The notes under the pieces were generated by a model. The model ran no database searches and was not told the origin of the DNA. It was given only the letters and a program-made list of their open reading frames with translations. A stretch of DNA of 50,908 nt from contig JBJECC010000082.1 of assembly GCA_051870655.1 (NCBI GenBank), forward strand, positions 1 to 50,908, given 5' to 3'. How positions within the stretch are numbered: the first letter of the stretch is position 1; each line of letters opens with the position of its first letter. A program made the position numbers and the translations under genes. Shown here piece by piece: positions 8,804 to 17,234 of the stretch. This DNA comes from Parabacteroides sp. (GTDB lineage Bacteria; Bacteroidota; Bacteroidia; Bacteroidales; Tannerellaceae).

Positions 8804-8822
8804 GTCAGATGTATTTTAGGAA

Positions 8823-10565
8823 TTATCTTTTTTTCTTCTTGCCCTTGTCGCCGCGTCCGTTGTACATCTGCTGCCACGGTTTCTCCTTGCGGCGGCGTTC
8901 GTCGTTGTGGCGGCGTGCCGGCTTTCCGCTCCGTCCCTTGCCGTCGGCCCGTTTCTCCTGCGCCGGCTCTACGGAGATGCGTCGTCCATCCACTTCGAAG
9001 CTGTTCATGCATTTGATGGTGCGGGCCGCCTCGGCCTCTTCCACCTCGAAGAAGGAGAAATTGTCATGCAGCTCGATCTGTCCTAACCGCACCTTGCCCG
9101 GCACACATTTGTTCACTAATTCGATCAGCTGGGCCACCTTCAGGTCATCGACACGTCCGAAGTTGAGGAAGAGGCGCGTGAAGCCCTTCTCCGTCTCGTG
9201 GTTCTTGCGGTCGCGCCGTTCGCGCGGAGCGCGTTCGTCCACCACTTCGATGTCGTCCGCATCCTTGTAGTAGTCGATCATACGGTTGAACTCCAGTGAG
9301 ACCATACGCTTGATGATGTCCTCCTTGTCGAGCCACTCCAGCTTGCGGTAGATGGAGGGCATGAGGGTGGCGATCTCCTCCTCGTTCACCTTCACCTTCT
9401 CGATCTGATCGACCAGATTGAAGAGCTGCTTTTCGCAGATGGCCTGTCCGGTCGGCATCACGCCCTTCTCGAATTTCTTGTTGATGATCCGTTCGATGTC
9501 GCGGATCTTGCCCTTCTCCTTCACGTGGCAGATGGAGATGGAGATACCCGTCTTGCCGGCGCGTCCCGTACGGCCTCGGCGGTGTGTGTAGGATTCCACC
9601 TCATCGGGCAGGCCGTAGTTGATGACGTGCGTCAGGTCATCCACGTCCAGGCCGCGGGCCGCCACGTCGGTGGCCACCAGGAGCTGCAGGTTCTTGATGC
9701 GGAACTTCTGCATCACGTAGTCGCGCTGTGCCTGGCTCAGCTCGCCGTGCAGCGAGTCGGCATTGTAGCCGTCCTGGATCAGCTTGTCGGCAATCTCCTG
9801 GGTCTCCTTGCGGGTACGGCAGAAGATGATGCCGTAGATATTCGGATAGTAGTCGGCGATCCGTTTCAAGGCTAAATATTTGTCTTGCGCGCGTACCATA
9901 AAATAGATGTCGCGGATATTCTTGTTGCCCTCGTTCTTCCGTCCGATCACGATCTCCTTCGGCTCCTTCATGTATTTCTTGGTGATGGAGGCGATGCCCT
10001 GCGGCATGGTGGCGGAGAAGAGCAGCATGTTGCGGGTGGGCGGCACTTGGGCGAGGATCGCGTCGATGCTGTCGCTGAAGCCCATGTTCAGCATCTCGTC
10101 CGCCTCATCGAGGATCACGTTGCGGACCTTCTCTAAGTTGACCGTGCGGCGCTCCATCAGGTCGATCAGACGGCCCGGCGTAGCCACCACTACGTGTACT
10201 CCCCGCTGTAAGGTTTTGATCTGGCTCTCGATGCTGGAGCCTCCATACACCGGCAGTACCTTCAGGCGTTCGATGTACTTGGAATAGTCGTTCAGGTCGT
10301 CGGCGATCTGCAGGCACAACTCGCGTGTCGGGCAGAGCACCAGGGCTTGCGGCTGACGCTGTTCAATGTCGATTTTCTGCAAGATAGGAAGACCGTAGGC
10401 CGCTGTTTTTCCCGTGCCTGTCTGTGCCAGGGCGATTACGTCATTGTCTTCTCCCAACAGGAAAGGAATGACCTCCTCTTGGACGGGCATGGGTGACTCA
10501 TAGCCCAATTCTTGAATTGCCTTCAAAATAGGTGCGGCAACTCCCAATTCTTCAAATGTTTTCAA
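8823..10565 (-). CDS. DEAD-box RNA helicase with DbpA-type RNA-binding domain (DeaD/CsdA-like), TTG start
   Basis: Q motif, AQTGTGKT, PTRELCLQ, TPGR, LDEADEM, FSAT, ARGLD, HRRGRTGRAG; basic C-terminal tail; -7 TACCTTTG at 10599-10606. Confidence 0.95.
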   Translation of the reverse strand: MKTFEELGVAAPILKAIQELGYESPMPVQEEVIPFLLGEDNDVIALAQTGTGKTAAYGLPILQKIDIEQRQPQALVLCPTRELCLQIADDLNDYSKYIERLKVLPVYGGSSIESQIKTLQRGVHVVVATPGRLIDLMERRTVNLEKVRNVILDEADEMLNMGFSDSIDAILAQVPPTRNMLLFSATMPQGIASITKKYMKEPKEIVIGRKNEGNKNIRDIYFMVRAQDKYLALKRIADYYPNIYGIIFCRTRKETQEIADKLIQDGYNADSLHGELSQAQRDYVMQKFRIKNLQLLVATDVAARGLDVDDLTHVINYGLPDEVESYTHRRGRTGRAGKTGISISICHVKEKGKIRDIERIINKKFEKGVMPTGQAICEKQLFNLVDQIEKVKVNEEEIATLMPSIYRKLEWLDKEDIIKRMVSLEFNRMIDYYKDADDIEVVDERAPRERRDRKNHETEKGFTRLFLNFGRVDDLKVAQLIELVNKCVPGKVRLGQIELHDNFSFFEVEEAEAARTIKCMNSFEVDGRRISVEPAQEKRADGKGRSGKPARRHNDERRRKEKPWQQMYNGRGDKGKKKKR

Positions 10566-10695
10566 AATGTCTTATGGAATAAATTGCTAATATTGTGGCA
10601 AAGGTAGAAATAAAAATACATTTCTCCGTAGCGAGGGGCGCAAAATGTGGGATGGATAGGGCTGTTGGGCCGTTTGCGGGCCTTCCGGCGAGGCT

Positions 10696-11760
10696 TTAGG
10701 GGGTGAGCAGGTTGTCGCGCAGCTGTCTCAGGGCGTTTTCGTCCAGTTGCAATTCGACGGCCAAATAGCGCTCCACAGAACCGTAGTCCTTCTCTATTTT
10801 CTCGAAGGCGATGGTCAGGAACTCCTCCTGGGCGGAGAGCATCATGGTGACGGCCTCCTGCGAGTCGATGCTGTATTGCGACACGAAACCGGCCACCTGC
10901 TGCGTCTGGATGCAATCGTTGGAGAGGAGATAGTCTTTCAGTACGGTCTCTTCCGGCATGTGCAGGATCCGCAACAAGAGTGCCGTGAGGAAGCCGGTGC
11001 GGTCTTTTCCCAGCGTGCATTGGATAAGCACCGGATAGTTGGTGGAGTCGCACAGCGTCTCGAAAGCACGCCGCAGCGAAGCCTGGTTCCCGGTCACATA
11101 TTGCAGATAGAGATCCTGCATGTAGAGCACGGCGTCCCCTTTCCGGATCCGGTTCTCCTGGATGCGATGCTGCATCTCCGGCAGGTCGCCGGTCTGCATG
11201 GGGGCACGGACGATCCGCACATTCCGGTAGTGTGTCGGGAACAGCTCCAGCTCGTAGTCGGAGCGCAGGTCCAGGATGGTCTTCAGGTGCAGCTTGTCCA
11301 ACCGGAGCGAGTCGCGGTCGCTCAAGGCGGTCAGCTGTCCGGAGCGGAACAGGCGGCCCCAACGGGTCTGCTGGTGGCTGTTGCTGCAGGTGTAGCCGCC
11401 CAGGTCGCGCAGGTTCTGCACGCTGTCCATGACGATGGTGCGGGCGCCCACCACCTGCTCGTAGCGGTTGTTGAAGAGTAGGCGGAAATATTTGCGGGTG
11501 ATGTTGTCGCTGGTGATGAAGGTGACGACGCCGTCGTTGATCGGGACCTTCAGGGCGGGAGATGCCTCTTCGAAGGCGTCGGGGGCATCGGCGACGAAGA
11601 TCTTGACCATGCCCTCTAACTTCGGGTTGGTCTCCCATTTGACGATGTAGTTGCCGATCGCTTCCCGCAAGCAGACGCTGCGGATTTCCGGCTCCGGAGC
11701 GGTGCAGCCGATCAGGCTGACCAGAAGCGACCATACGAACCACCTCGTCTGTTTTTTCAT
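10696..11760 (-). CDS. Tyrosine/lipid phosphatase family (Y_phosphatase3-like) lipoprotein
   Basis: Start at MKKQTRW with lipobox SLIGC; NLRDLGGY, LFRSGQL, ILDLRS and P-loop QCTLGKDRTG; ATGA overlap with the pfkB stop. Confidence 0.85.
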   Translation of the reverse strand: MKKQTRWFVWSLLVSLIGCTAPEPEIRSVCLREAIGNYIVKWETNPKLEGMVKIFVADAPDAFEEASPALKVPINDGVVTFITSDNITRKYFRLLFNNRYEQVVGARTIVMDSVQNLRDLGGYTCSNSHQQTRWGRLFRSGQLTALSDRDSLRLDKLHLKTILDLRSDYELELFPTHYRNVRIVRAPMQTGDLPEMQHRIQENRIRKGDAVLYMQDLYLQYVTGNQASLRRAFETLCDSTNYPVLIQCTLGKDRTGFLTALLLRILHMPEETVLKDYLLSNDCIQTQQVAGFVSQYSIDSQEAVTMMLSAQEEFLTIAFEKIEKDYGSVERYLAVELQLDENALRQLRDNLLTP

Positions 11761-12719
11761 GCCTCCTCCGATTTGAGCGGTTCGACGGAAACCGGCTTTT
11801 CCGCATAGCGGCGGGCGAAGTCGGTGGAGATGTAGTTGTCGTAGCTGCGGCAGACTTCCGAGGCGAAATCCATGCCACACCGGATGATCTGTTGCCACCG
11901 GCTGTCGTCGAGATGGGGCAGGTCGTCACGACGGACGTCATATTTCAACAGCCCGTAGAGAATGCCGGCATTGAAGTTGTCGCCTGCTCCGATGGTGCTG
12001 ACCGGCTCGATGCGGTCCGCCTCGAAATGGATCTCCCGGCCCTGGTTGAACAGGTGGACGCCACGCGCTCCTTCGGTCAGGATGAAGCGGTCACAATAAT
12101 AACGGATGTGATCCTGATAGACGCGGGCGGGATTGTCTGACCGGAAGAGGTTGACGAAGTCCTCGTCTGAGCCGCGGACGATGTCGGCAAATTCCAGATT
12201 CTCCAGCACGGTCGGCATGAGGTGGATCGCCTCGTGGGCATGTGCCCGGCGGAAATTCGGGTCGTAGTAGATGATGGCCTTGCGGTCACGTGCATACTGG
12301 ATAAACTCGCACACCCGTTCGCGGATCTGCGGGTTCAGGCAGTAGTAGGAGCCCATGATGAAGATGTCGTCGGCGTCGATCGTCGGGAAGGGAACATCCA
12401 ACCGTTCGTCGGGATACTCTTTATAGAATGTATAGGCTGCGTTGTTGTTCTCGTCAAGAAAGGCTAACGAGATGGGGCTTTTCCCGTCGGGGAAACAATC
12501 GACAAACTGGGTGCTGATGTGGTTCTCCTTCATGAATTGCCGGATGAGGCCGCCCACCAGATCGTTGCCGACCTCACTGATGAAAGAGACGGGGACGCCC
12601 AGACGTCCTAAGGAGACCAGTCCGTTGAAAACCGATCCGCCCGGCACCGCTTTATGCGGTTGGTTGTTTTTGAAGATAATATCGAGGATTGTCTCTCCGA
12701 TGCCGATCACTCTTCTCAT
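11757..12719 (-). CDS. PfkB-family carbohydrate kinase (fructokinase-like)
   Basis: GIGETILD, PGGSVFN, YYDPNFR, STIGAGDNFNAG motifs. Confidence 0.9.
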   Translation of the reverse strand: MRRVIGIGETILDIIFKNNQPHKAVPGGSVFNGLVSLGRLGVPVSFISEVGNDLVGGLIRQFMKENHISTQFVDCFPDGKSPISLAFLDENNNAAYTFYKEYPDERLDVPFPTIDADDIFIMGSYYCLNPQIRERVCEFIQYARDRKAIIYYDPNFRRAHAHEAIHLMPTVLENLEFADIVRGSDEDFVNLFRSDNPARVYQDHIRYYCDRFILTEGARGVHLFNQGREIHFEADRIEPVSTIGAGDNFNAGILYGLLKYDVRRDDLPHLDDSRWQQIIRCGMDFASEVCRSYDNYISTDFARRYAEKPVSVEPLKSEEA

Positions 12720-13336
12720 ATCTGCTCAGATTTACTTTGTGCGCGGCTCTTGGAACCGAGGTAACCACCGTGGTGGCGCTTGGCGTAGTCCGCATTGGTG
12801 AAATGAATTGTTTTCATGGTGTTCACGACCAGGATGTCACCGATGACGGTCATCACAGTCGTGGAGGTAGTCGGGGTCAGTCCTAAGGGGCAGACTTCGG
12901 CCGGATTGCCGGTCGGCAGACAGACCGTCGCCTCGTGGGCCAAGGGGCTGTCGGGATTGCCGGTGATGACAATGAAACGCATGTCCGGCACCAGTCCGCG
13001 GGTGAGCTCTGTCAGTTCCAGCAGCTCGCGCGTCTTGCCGGAGTTGGAGATCAGCAGCATGATGTCGGCCTCCCGGATGATGCCGAGGTCGCCGTGCTGG
13101 GCTTCGCTCGGATGGAGAAAGAAGGCGGGCGTGCCGGTCGAGCTGAACGTCGTGGCGATGTTCATGGCGATCTGCCCCGCTTTACCCATGCCGCTGGTGA
13201 TCAGTTTGCCTCCCCGTTGGTGTACCTGTTCCACAATCAGCACCACGGCCTGATCATACCCATCGGTGATCGGGATCCGGCGGACTGCTTCCGCTTCGTG
13301 CTCCAGGATGGAGGCGATTGTATCATAATTCATCAT
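12716..13336 (-). CDS. kdsD: Arabinose-5-phosphate isomerase (KdsD/KpsF SIS domain, no CBS domains)
   Basis: SGMGKAGQIA, FLHPSEAQHGDLG, ISNSGKTREL, PTTSTT, HHGGYLG; start reassigned to MMNYD; ATGA overlap with pfkB. Confidence 0.85.
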   Translation of the reverse strand: MMNYDTIASILEHEAEAVRRIPITDGYDQAVVLIVEQVHQRGGKLITSGMGKAGQIAMNIATTFSSTGTPAFFLHPSEAQHGDLGIIREADIMLLISNSGKTRELLELTELTRGLVPDMRFIVITGNPDSPLAHEATVCLPTGNPAEVCPLGLTPTTSTTVMTVIGDILVVNTMKTIHFTNADYAKRHHGGYLGSKSRAQSKSEQI

Positions 13337-13382
13337 AGATATATGTTTCCTTTGAATTTCTACTAAAATATACTCTTGGCTA

Positions 13383-13450
13383 CAAATGTAGGATTTAATT
13401 GACAATTAACATTGGCTGTGGCGAATTATTTTCCCAAATTCGTACCTTTG
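13383..13450. promoter_or_regulatory. Divergent promoter pair for the kdsD operon and the M16 peptidase operon
   Basis: CAAATGTA (minus-strand TACATTTG) at 13383-13390 and TACCTTTG at 13443-13450. Confidence 0.6.
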
Positions 13451-13480
13451 CCGTTCGGTAAAAAACAAGCTGTAATCGGA

Positions 13481-14701
13481 ATGAATTATCAATCACATAC
13501 ATTGTCCAACGGCCTGCGCATGGTGCATCTGACGGTCGATTCGCCGGTCTCCTATTGTGGCTTTGCGGTGAACGCCGGGACGCGCGACGAGCGTGCCGAC
13601 GAGTTCGGGCTGGCCCACTTTGTGGAGCACATGCTGTTCAAGGGGACGGAGAAGCGCCGCTCGTGGCATATCCTGAACCGGATGGAGCTTGTGGGCGGCG
13701 ATCTCAACGCCTACACCACCAAGGAGGAGACCTTTGTCTATTCGGTCTTCATGGAGGAGCATTTCAAGCGGGCTTTCGAGTTGCAGGCCGATCTGCTTTT
13801 CCACTCGCAGTTTCCGGAGGCGGAGATCGAGAAGGAGGTGGATGTGATCCTGGACGAGATCAACTCCTATCTCGACAGCCCCTCGGAACTGATCTTCGAC
13901 GAGATCGAGGATCTGCTTTTCCAGGGCCATGCGCTGGGTCATCCCATTCTGGGCAATGAGGAGTCGCTCGCCCGTTTCGGCACACACTCCGGCTTGGATT
14001 TTACCCGTCGTTTCTACACGCCGTCGAATCTGCTGTTCTTCTCGATGGGGCGGCAGGAGTTCCGTCGGATTGTCCGCATGGCGGAACAGTTGGTGGGCGA
14101 CGTGGCGGCTTCGGAGGCTCCCCTGCAACGGCAGGAACCGGGCCCGCTCCAACCCTGTGAGCGGCGCGTGCAGAAGGAGACGCACCAGGCGCATGTCATC
14201 GTGGGCGGACGCGCCTACAGCATGTACGATCCGAAGCGCATCCCGCTCTTTCTGCTCAACAACCTGCTGGGCGGTCCGGGCATGAACAACCGGCTGAACG
14301 TCTCGTTGCGCGAGCGGCACGGGCTGGCCTATAACGTGGAGTCGAACGTGACCGCCTACACGGACACCGGGGTGGCGAGCATCTATTTCGGGACCGATCC
14401 GAAACATGGCGGCAAGGCGCTTGCCTTGGTGCAGAAGGAGCTGGCAAAGTTGCGCGACACGAAACTCTCCACCACACAACTGGCCGCTGCGAAGAAGCAG
14501 TTGACCGGTCAGCTTGGCGTCTCGAACGACAACCGCGAGGGGCTTTTCCTCAGCCTTGGCAAGAGTTTCCTGCACTACAACCACTACGAGACTTTGCCGG
14601 AGCTGTTTGCCCAGATCGAGGGGATCACCGCCGACCAGCTGTTAGAGGTGGCCAATGAGGTGTATGCGCCCGACTGCCTCACGACATTGATTTATGAATA
14701 A
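13481..14701 (+). CDS. M16-family zinc peptidase (pitrilysin-like)
   Basis: TLSNGLR, GLAHFVEHMLFKGT (HxxEH), LNAYT, LRERHGLAY; start at ATG 13481. Confidence 0.92.
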   Translation: MNYQSHTLSNGLRMVHLTVDSPVSYCGFAVNAGTRDERADEFGLAHFVEHMLFKGTEKRRSWHILNRMELVGGDLNAYTTKEETFVYSVFMEEHFKRAFELQADLLFHSQFPEAEIEKEVDVILDEINSYLDSPSELIFDEIEDLLFQGHALGHPILGNEESLARFGTHSGLDFTRRFYTPSNLLFFSMGRQEFRRIVRMAEQLVGDVAASEAPLQRQEPGPLQPCERRVQKETHQAHVIVGGRAYSMYDPKRIPLFLLNNLLGGPGMNNRLNVSLRERHGLAYNVESNVTAYTDTGVASIYFGTDPKHGGKALALVQKELAKLRDTKLSTTQLAAAKKQLTGQLGVSNDNREGLFLSLGKSFLHYNHYETLPELFAQIEGITADQLLEVANEVYAPDCLTTLIYE

Positions 14702-14728
14702 TGAATACTCACAAATAGGAAGACTATC

Positions 14729-15163
14729 ATGATCCAGTTTTATGCAGAAGAGATCGAGCTTCCCGCACTTCGGCAGGAGGAGCTCCGGCAGTGGGTGCGC
14801 GAGGTGGCCCGCAGCTATGGCAAGAGGGCCGGTGACATCAGTTACATATTCTGTTCGGACGAGAAGATTCTGGAGGTGAACCGCCAGTATCTGCAACACG
14901 ACTACTACACCGACATCATCACCTTTGACTACACGAACGGCAACAAGATTTCGGGCGACCTCTTCATCAGCCTTGACACGGTGCGCACCAATGCGGAGCA
15001 GTTCGGCGCCACCTATGCCGAGGAGCTTCACCGCACCATCATCCACGGCATCCTGCACCTCTGCGGCATCAACGACAAGGGCCCCGGCGAGCGGGAGATC
15101 ATGGAGGCGAATGAGAACAAGGCCCTCGCCCTGCTGCGCACGCTTTTCCCCGGCATCTGTTGA
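14729..15163 (+). CDS. ybeY: rRNA maturation endoribonuclease YbeY
   Basis: TDIITF, GDLFIS, IIHGILHLCGIND. Confidence 0.95.
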   Translation: MIQFYAEEIELPALRQEELRQWVREVARSYGKRAGDISYIFCSDEKILEVNRQYLQHDYYTDIITFDYTNGNKISGDLFISLDTVRTNAEQFGATYAEELHRTIIHGILHLCGINDKGPGEREIMEANENKALALLRTLFPGIC

Positions 15164-15270
15164 GGAGATTTCCCGTGCAATCCGGGCTGGGAAATAAATC
15201 CCTGCCGCCAGTTGAATAATTGTCCGTGGAATCCTATCTTTGCAAGCAAAATAGATAAGGATAAGAGACA

Positions 15271-17148
15271 ATGATTTTCAAGTATGATGTAATTGTCGTG
15301 GGGGCGGGACATGCCGGTTGTGAGGCGGCCGCCGCTGCGGCGAATCTGGGTTCGAAGACGCTCCTCGTCACGATGGACATGAACAAGATTGCCCAGATGA
15401 GTTGCAACCCGGCTGTGGGCGGTATCGCCAAGGGGCAGATCGTCCGCGAGATTGATGCACTGGGCGGCTACATGGGTATCGTGACCGACCGCACGGCCAT
15501 TCAGTTCCGGATGCTGAACCGGAGCAAGGGACCTGCCATGTGGAGTCCGCGTGCCCAAAGCGACCGGGCCCGTTTCATTGAGTGTTGGCGTGGCATCCTG
15601 GAGAACCTGCCCAATTTGTCGATCTGGCAGGATCTGGTCCGCGAGCTGATTATAGAGAATGGACGTGTGTGTGGTGTCGTGACTGCCATGGGCGTGACCT
15701 TCCGGGCCGGTGCGGTGGTCTTGACCAACGGTACTTTCCTGAATGGATTGATGCACATCGGACGGGTCCAGATCCGGGGCGGGCGTATCTCTGAGCCGGC
15801 GGCGACAGGGCTGACCGAACAGCTGGTCTCTTTGGGAATCCGTTCGGCCCGTATGAAGACCGGTACGCCGGTACGTATCGACGCCCGCAGTGTCCATTTC
15901 GACGAGATGGCTGAACAGCCCGGTGAAAACGATTTCCACAAATTTTCCTATTTGGATAACGAACACCGACGCCTGCGTCAGCTGAGCTGCTGGACCACCT
16001 ATACGAACGAGGCGTGTCATGAGATCTTGCGACAGGGCCTCCCCGACTCTCCGCTCTACAACGGACAAATCAAGAGCATCGGTCCGCGTTATTGTCCCAG
16101 CATCGAGACGAAGATTGTCACTTTTGCCGACAAACCCCAACATCAGCTTTTCCTCGAACCGGAGGGCGAGACGACGCAGGAGTATTACCTGAACGGCTTC
16201 TCCTCTTCGCTCCCCTTGGATATACAGCTTCGCGCCTTGCAGGCGATCCCGGCTTTCCGCGACGTGCAGATTTATCGTCCCGGCTATGCCATCGAATATG
16301 ACTTTTTCGATCCGACCCAGCTCAATCCCAATTTGGAGACCAAGGCGATCCGGAATCTCTTTTTTGCCGGGCAGATCAACGGGACGACCGGCTATGAAGA
16401 GGCCGGCGGCCAAGGGCTGATTGCCGGAATCAATGCCCATCTCAATTGCCACGGCGGCACTCCTTTTGTCCTGGGCCGGAACGAAGCGTACATCGGTGTC
16501 TTGATCGATGACCTCGTGACAAAGGGCGTGGATGAGCCCTATCGGATGTTTACCTCTCGCGCCGAGTATCGCATTCTGCTGCGTCAGGATGATGCCGACA
16601 TGCGGTTGACGGAACGTTCCTATCAGACCGGTCTGGCGGATGCCTATCGCTATGGCCTGCTTCAGGAGAAGAAGCAGAGCCGGGATGCCATCATCTCCTT
16701 TGTGGAAAACTATTCCGTCAAGCCGCAATACATCAACGGAGCGCTGGAGTCTCTGGGGACGACTCCCCTGTCCCACGGTTGCAAGCTGGTCGATCTGGTG
16801 GTACGTCCGCAGCTCTCTTTGCTGGGGCTCGCCCCCTTCATTCCTGCCCTGCAAGCTGAGTTGGACAAGGTCCCAGAATCCCGCAAGGAGGAGATCATCG
16901 AGGCGGCCGAGATCCTGATCAAGTACAGCGGCTATATCCGCCGGGAGCAGATCATCGCCGATAAGATCAACCGGCTGGAAAATATCCGTATCCGGGGCAA
17001 GTTCGACTACATGTCCATCCAGTCCCTTTCGACGGAGGCACGCCAGAAGCTGACGCGGATCGACCCGGAGACGATTGCCCAGGCGAGCCGCATCCCCGGC
17101 ATCTCTCCCAGCGATATAAACATTCTCTTGGTAATGTCCGGACGGTAA
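15271..17148 (+). CDS. mnmG: tRNA uridine-5-carboxymethylaminomethyl modification enzyme MnmG (GidA)
   Basis: VVGAGHAGCEAA, MSCNPAVGG, GPRYCPSIE, AGQINGTTGYEEA, EPYRMFTSRAEYR. Confidence 0.98.
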   Translation: MIFKYDVIVVGAGHAGCEAAAAAANLGSKTLLVTMDMNKIAQMSCNPAVGGIAKGQIVREIDALGGYMGIVTDRTAIQFRMLNRSKGPAMWSPRAQSDRARFIECWRGILENLPNLSIWQDLVRELIIENGRVCGVVTAMGVTFRAGAVVLTNGTFLNGLMHIGRVQIRGGRISEPAATGLTEQLVSLGIRSARMKTGTPVRIDARSVHFDEMAEQPGENDFHKFSYLDNEHRRLRQLSCWTTYTNEACHEILRQGLPDSPLYNGQIKSIGPRYCPSIETKIVTFADKPQHQLFLEPEGETTQEYYLNGFSSSLPLDIQLRALQAIPAFRDVQIYRPGYAIEYDFFDPTQLNPNLETKAIRNLFFAGQINGTTGYEEAGGQGLIAGINAHLNCHGGTPFVLGRNEAYIGVLIDDLVTKGVDEPYRMFTSRAEYRILLRQDDADMRLTERSYQTGLADAYRYGLLQEKKQSRDAIISFVENYSVKPQYINGALESLGTTPLSHGCKLVDLVVRPQLSLLGLAPFIPALQAELDKVPESRKEEIIEAAEILIKYSGYIRREQIIADKINRLENIRIRGKFDYMSIQSLSTEARQKLTRIDPETIAQASRIPGISPSDINILLVMSGR

Positions 17149-17156
17149 AAGAGGCT

Positions 17157-17172
17157 TGTTCCACGTGAAACA
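17157..17172. promoter_or_regulatory. parS: parS centromere-like site (ParB binding)
   Basis: TGTTCCACGTGAAACA matches the consensus TGTTNCACGTGAAACA; intergenic between mnmG and uvrC. Confidence 0.9.
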
Positions 17173-17234
17173 TCGTAAAGGAGCTATTCAGAAGAGGTGT
17201 GTAAAGCATTGAGAATTGGAAAACAAATCGTGTT

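Noticed and set aside
10562-11941. 459-aa alternative-frame ORF over the phosphatase gene
   Set aside because: Arg/Pro-rich off-frame translation of the same strand; the phosphatase frame carries all the recognisable motifs.
13340-13480. oriC at the strand-switch point
   Set aside because: Gene orientation flips here and parS is about 4 kb away, but there are no DnaA boxes and the region is explained by two divergent promoters.
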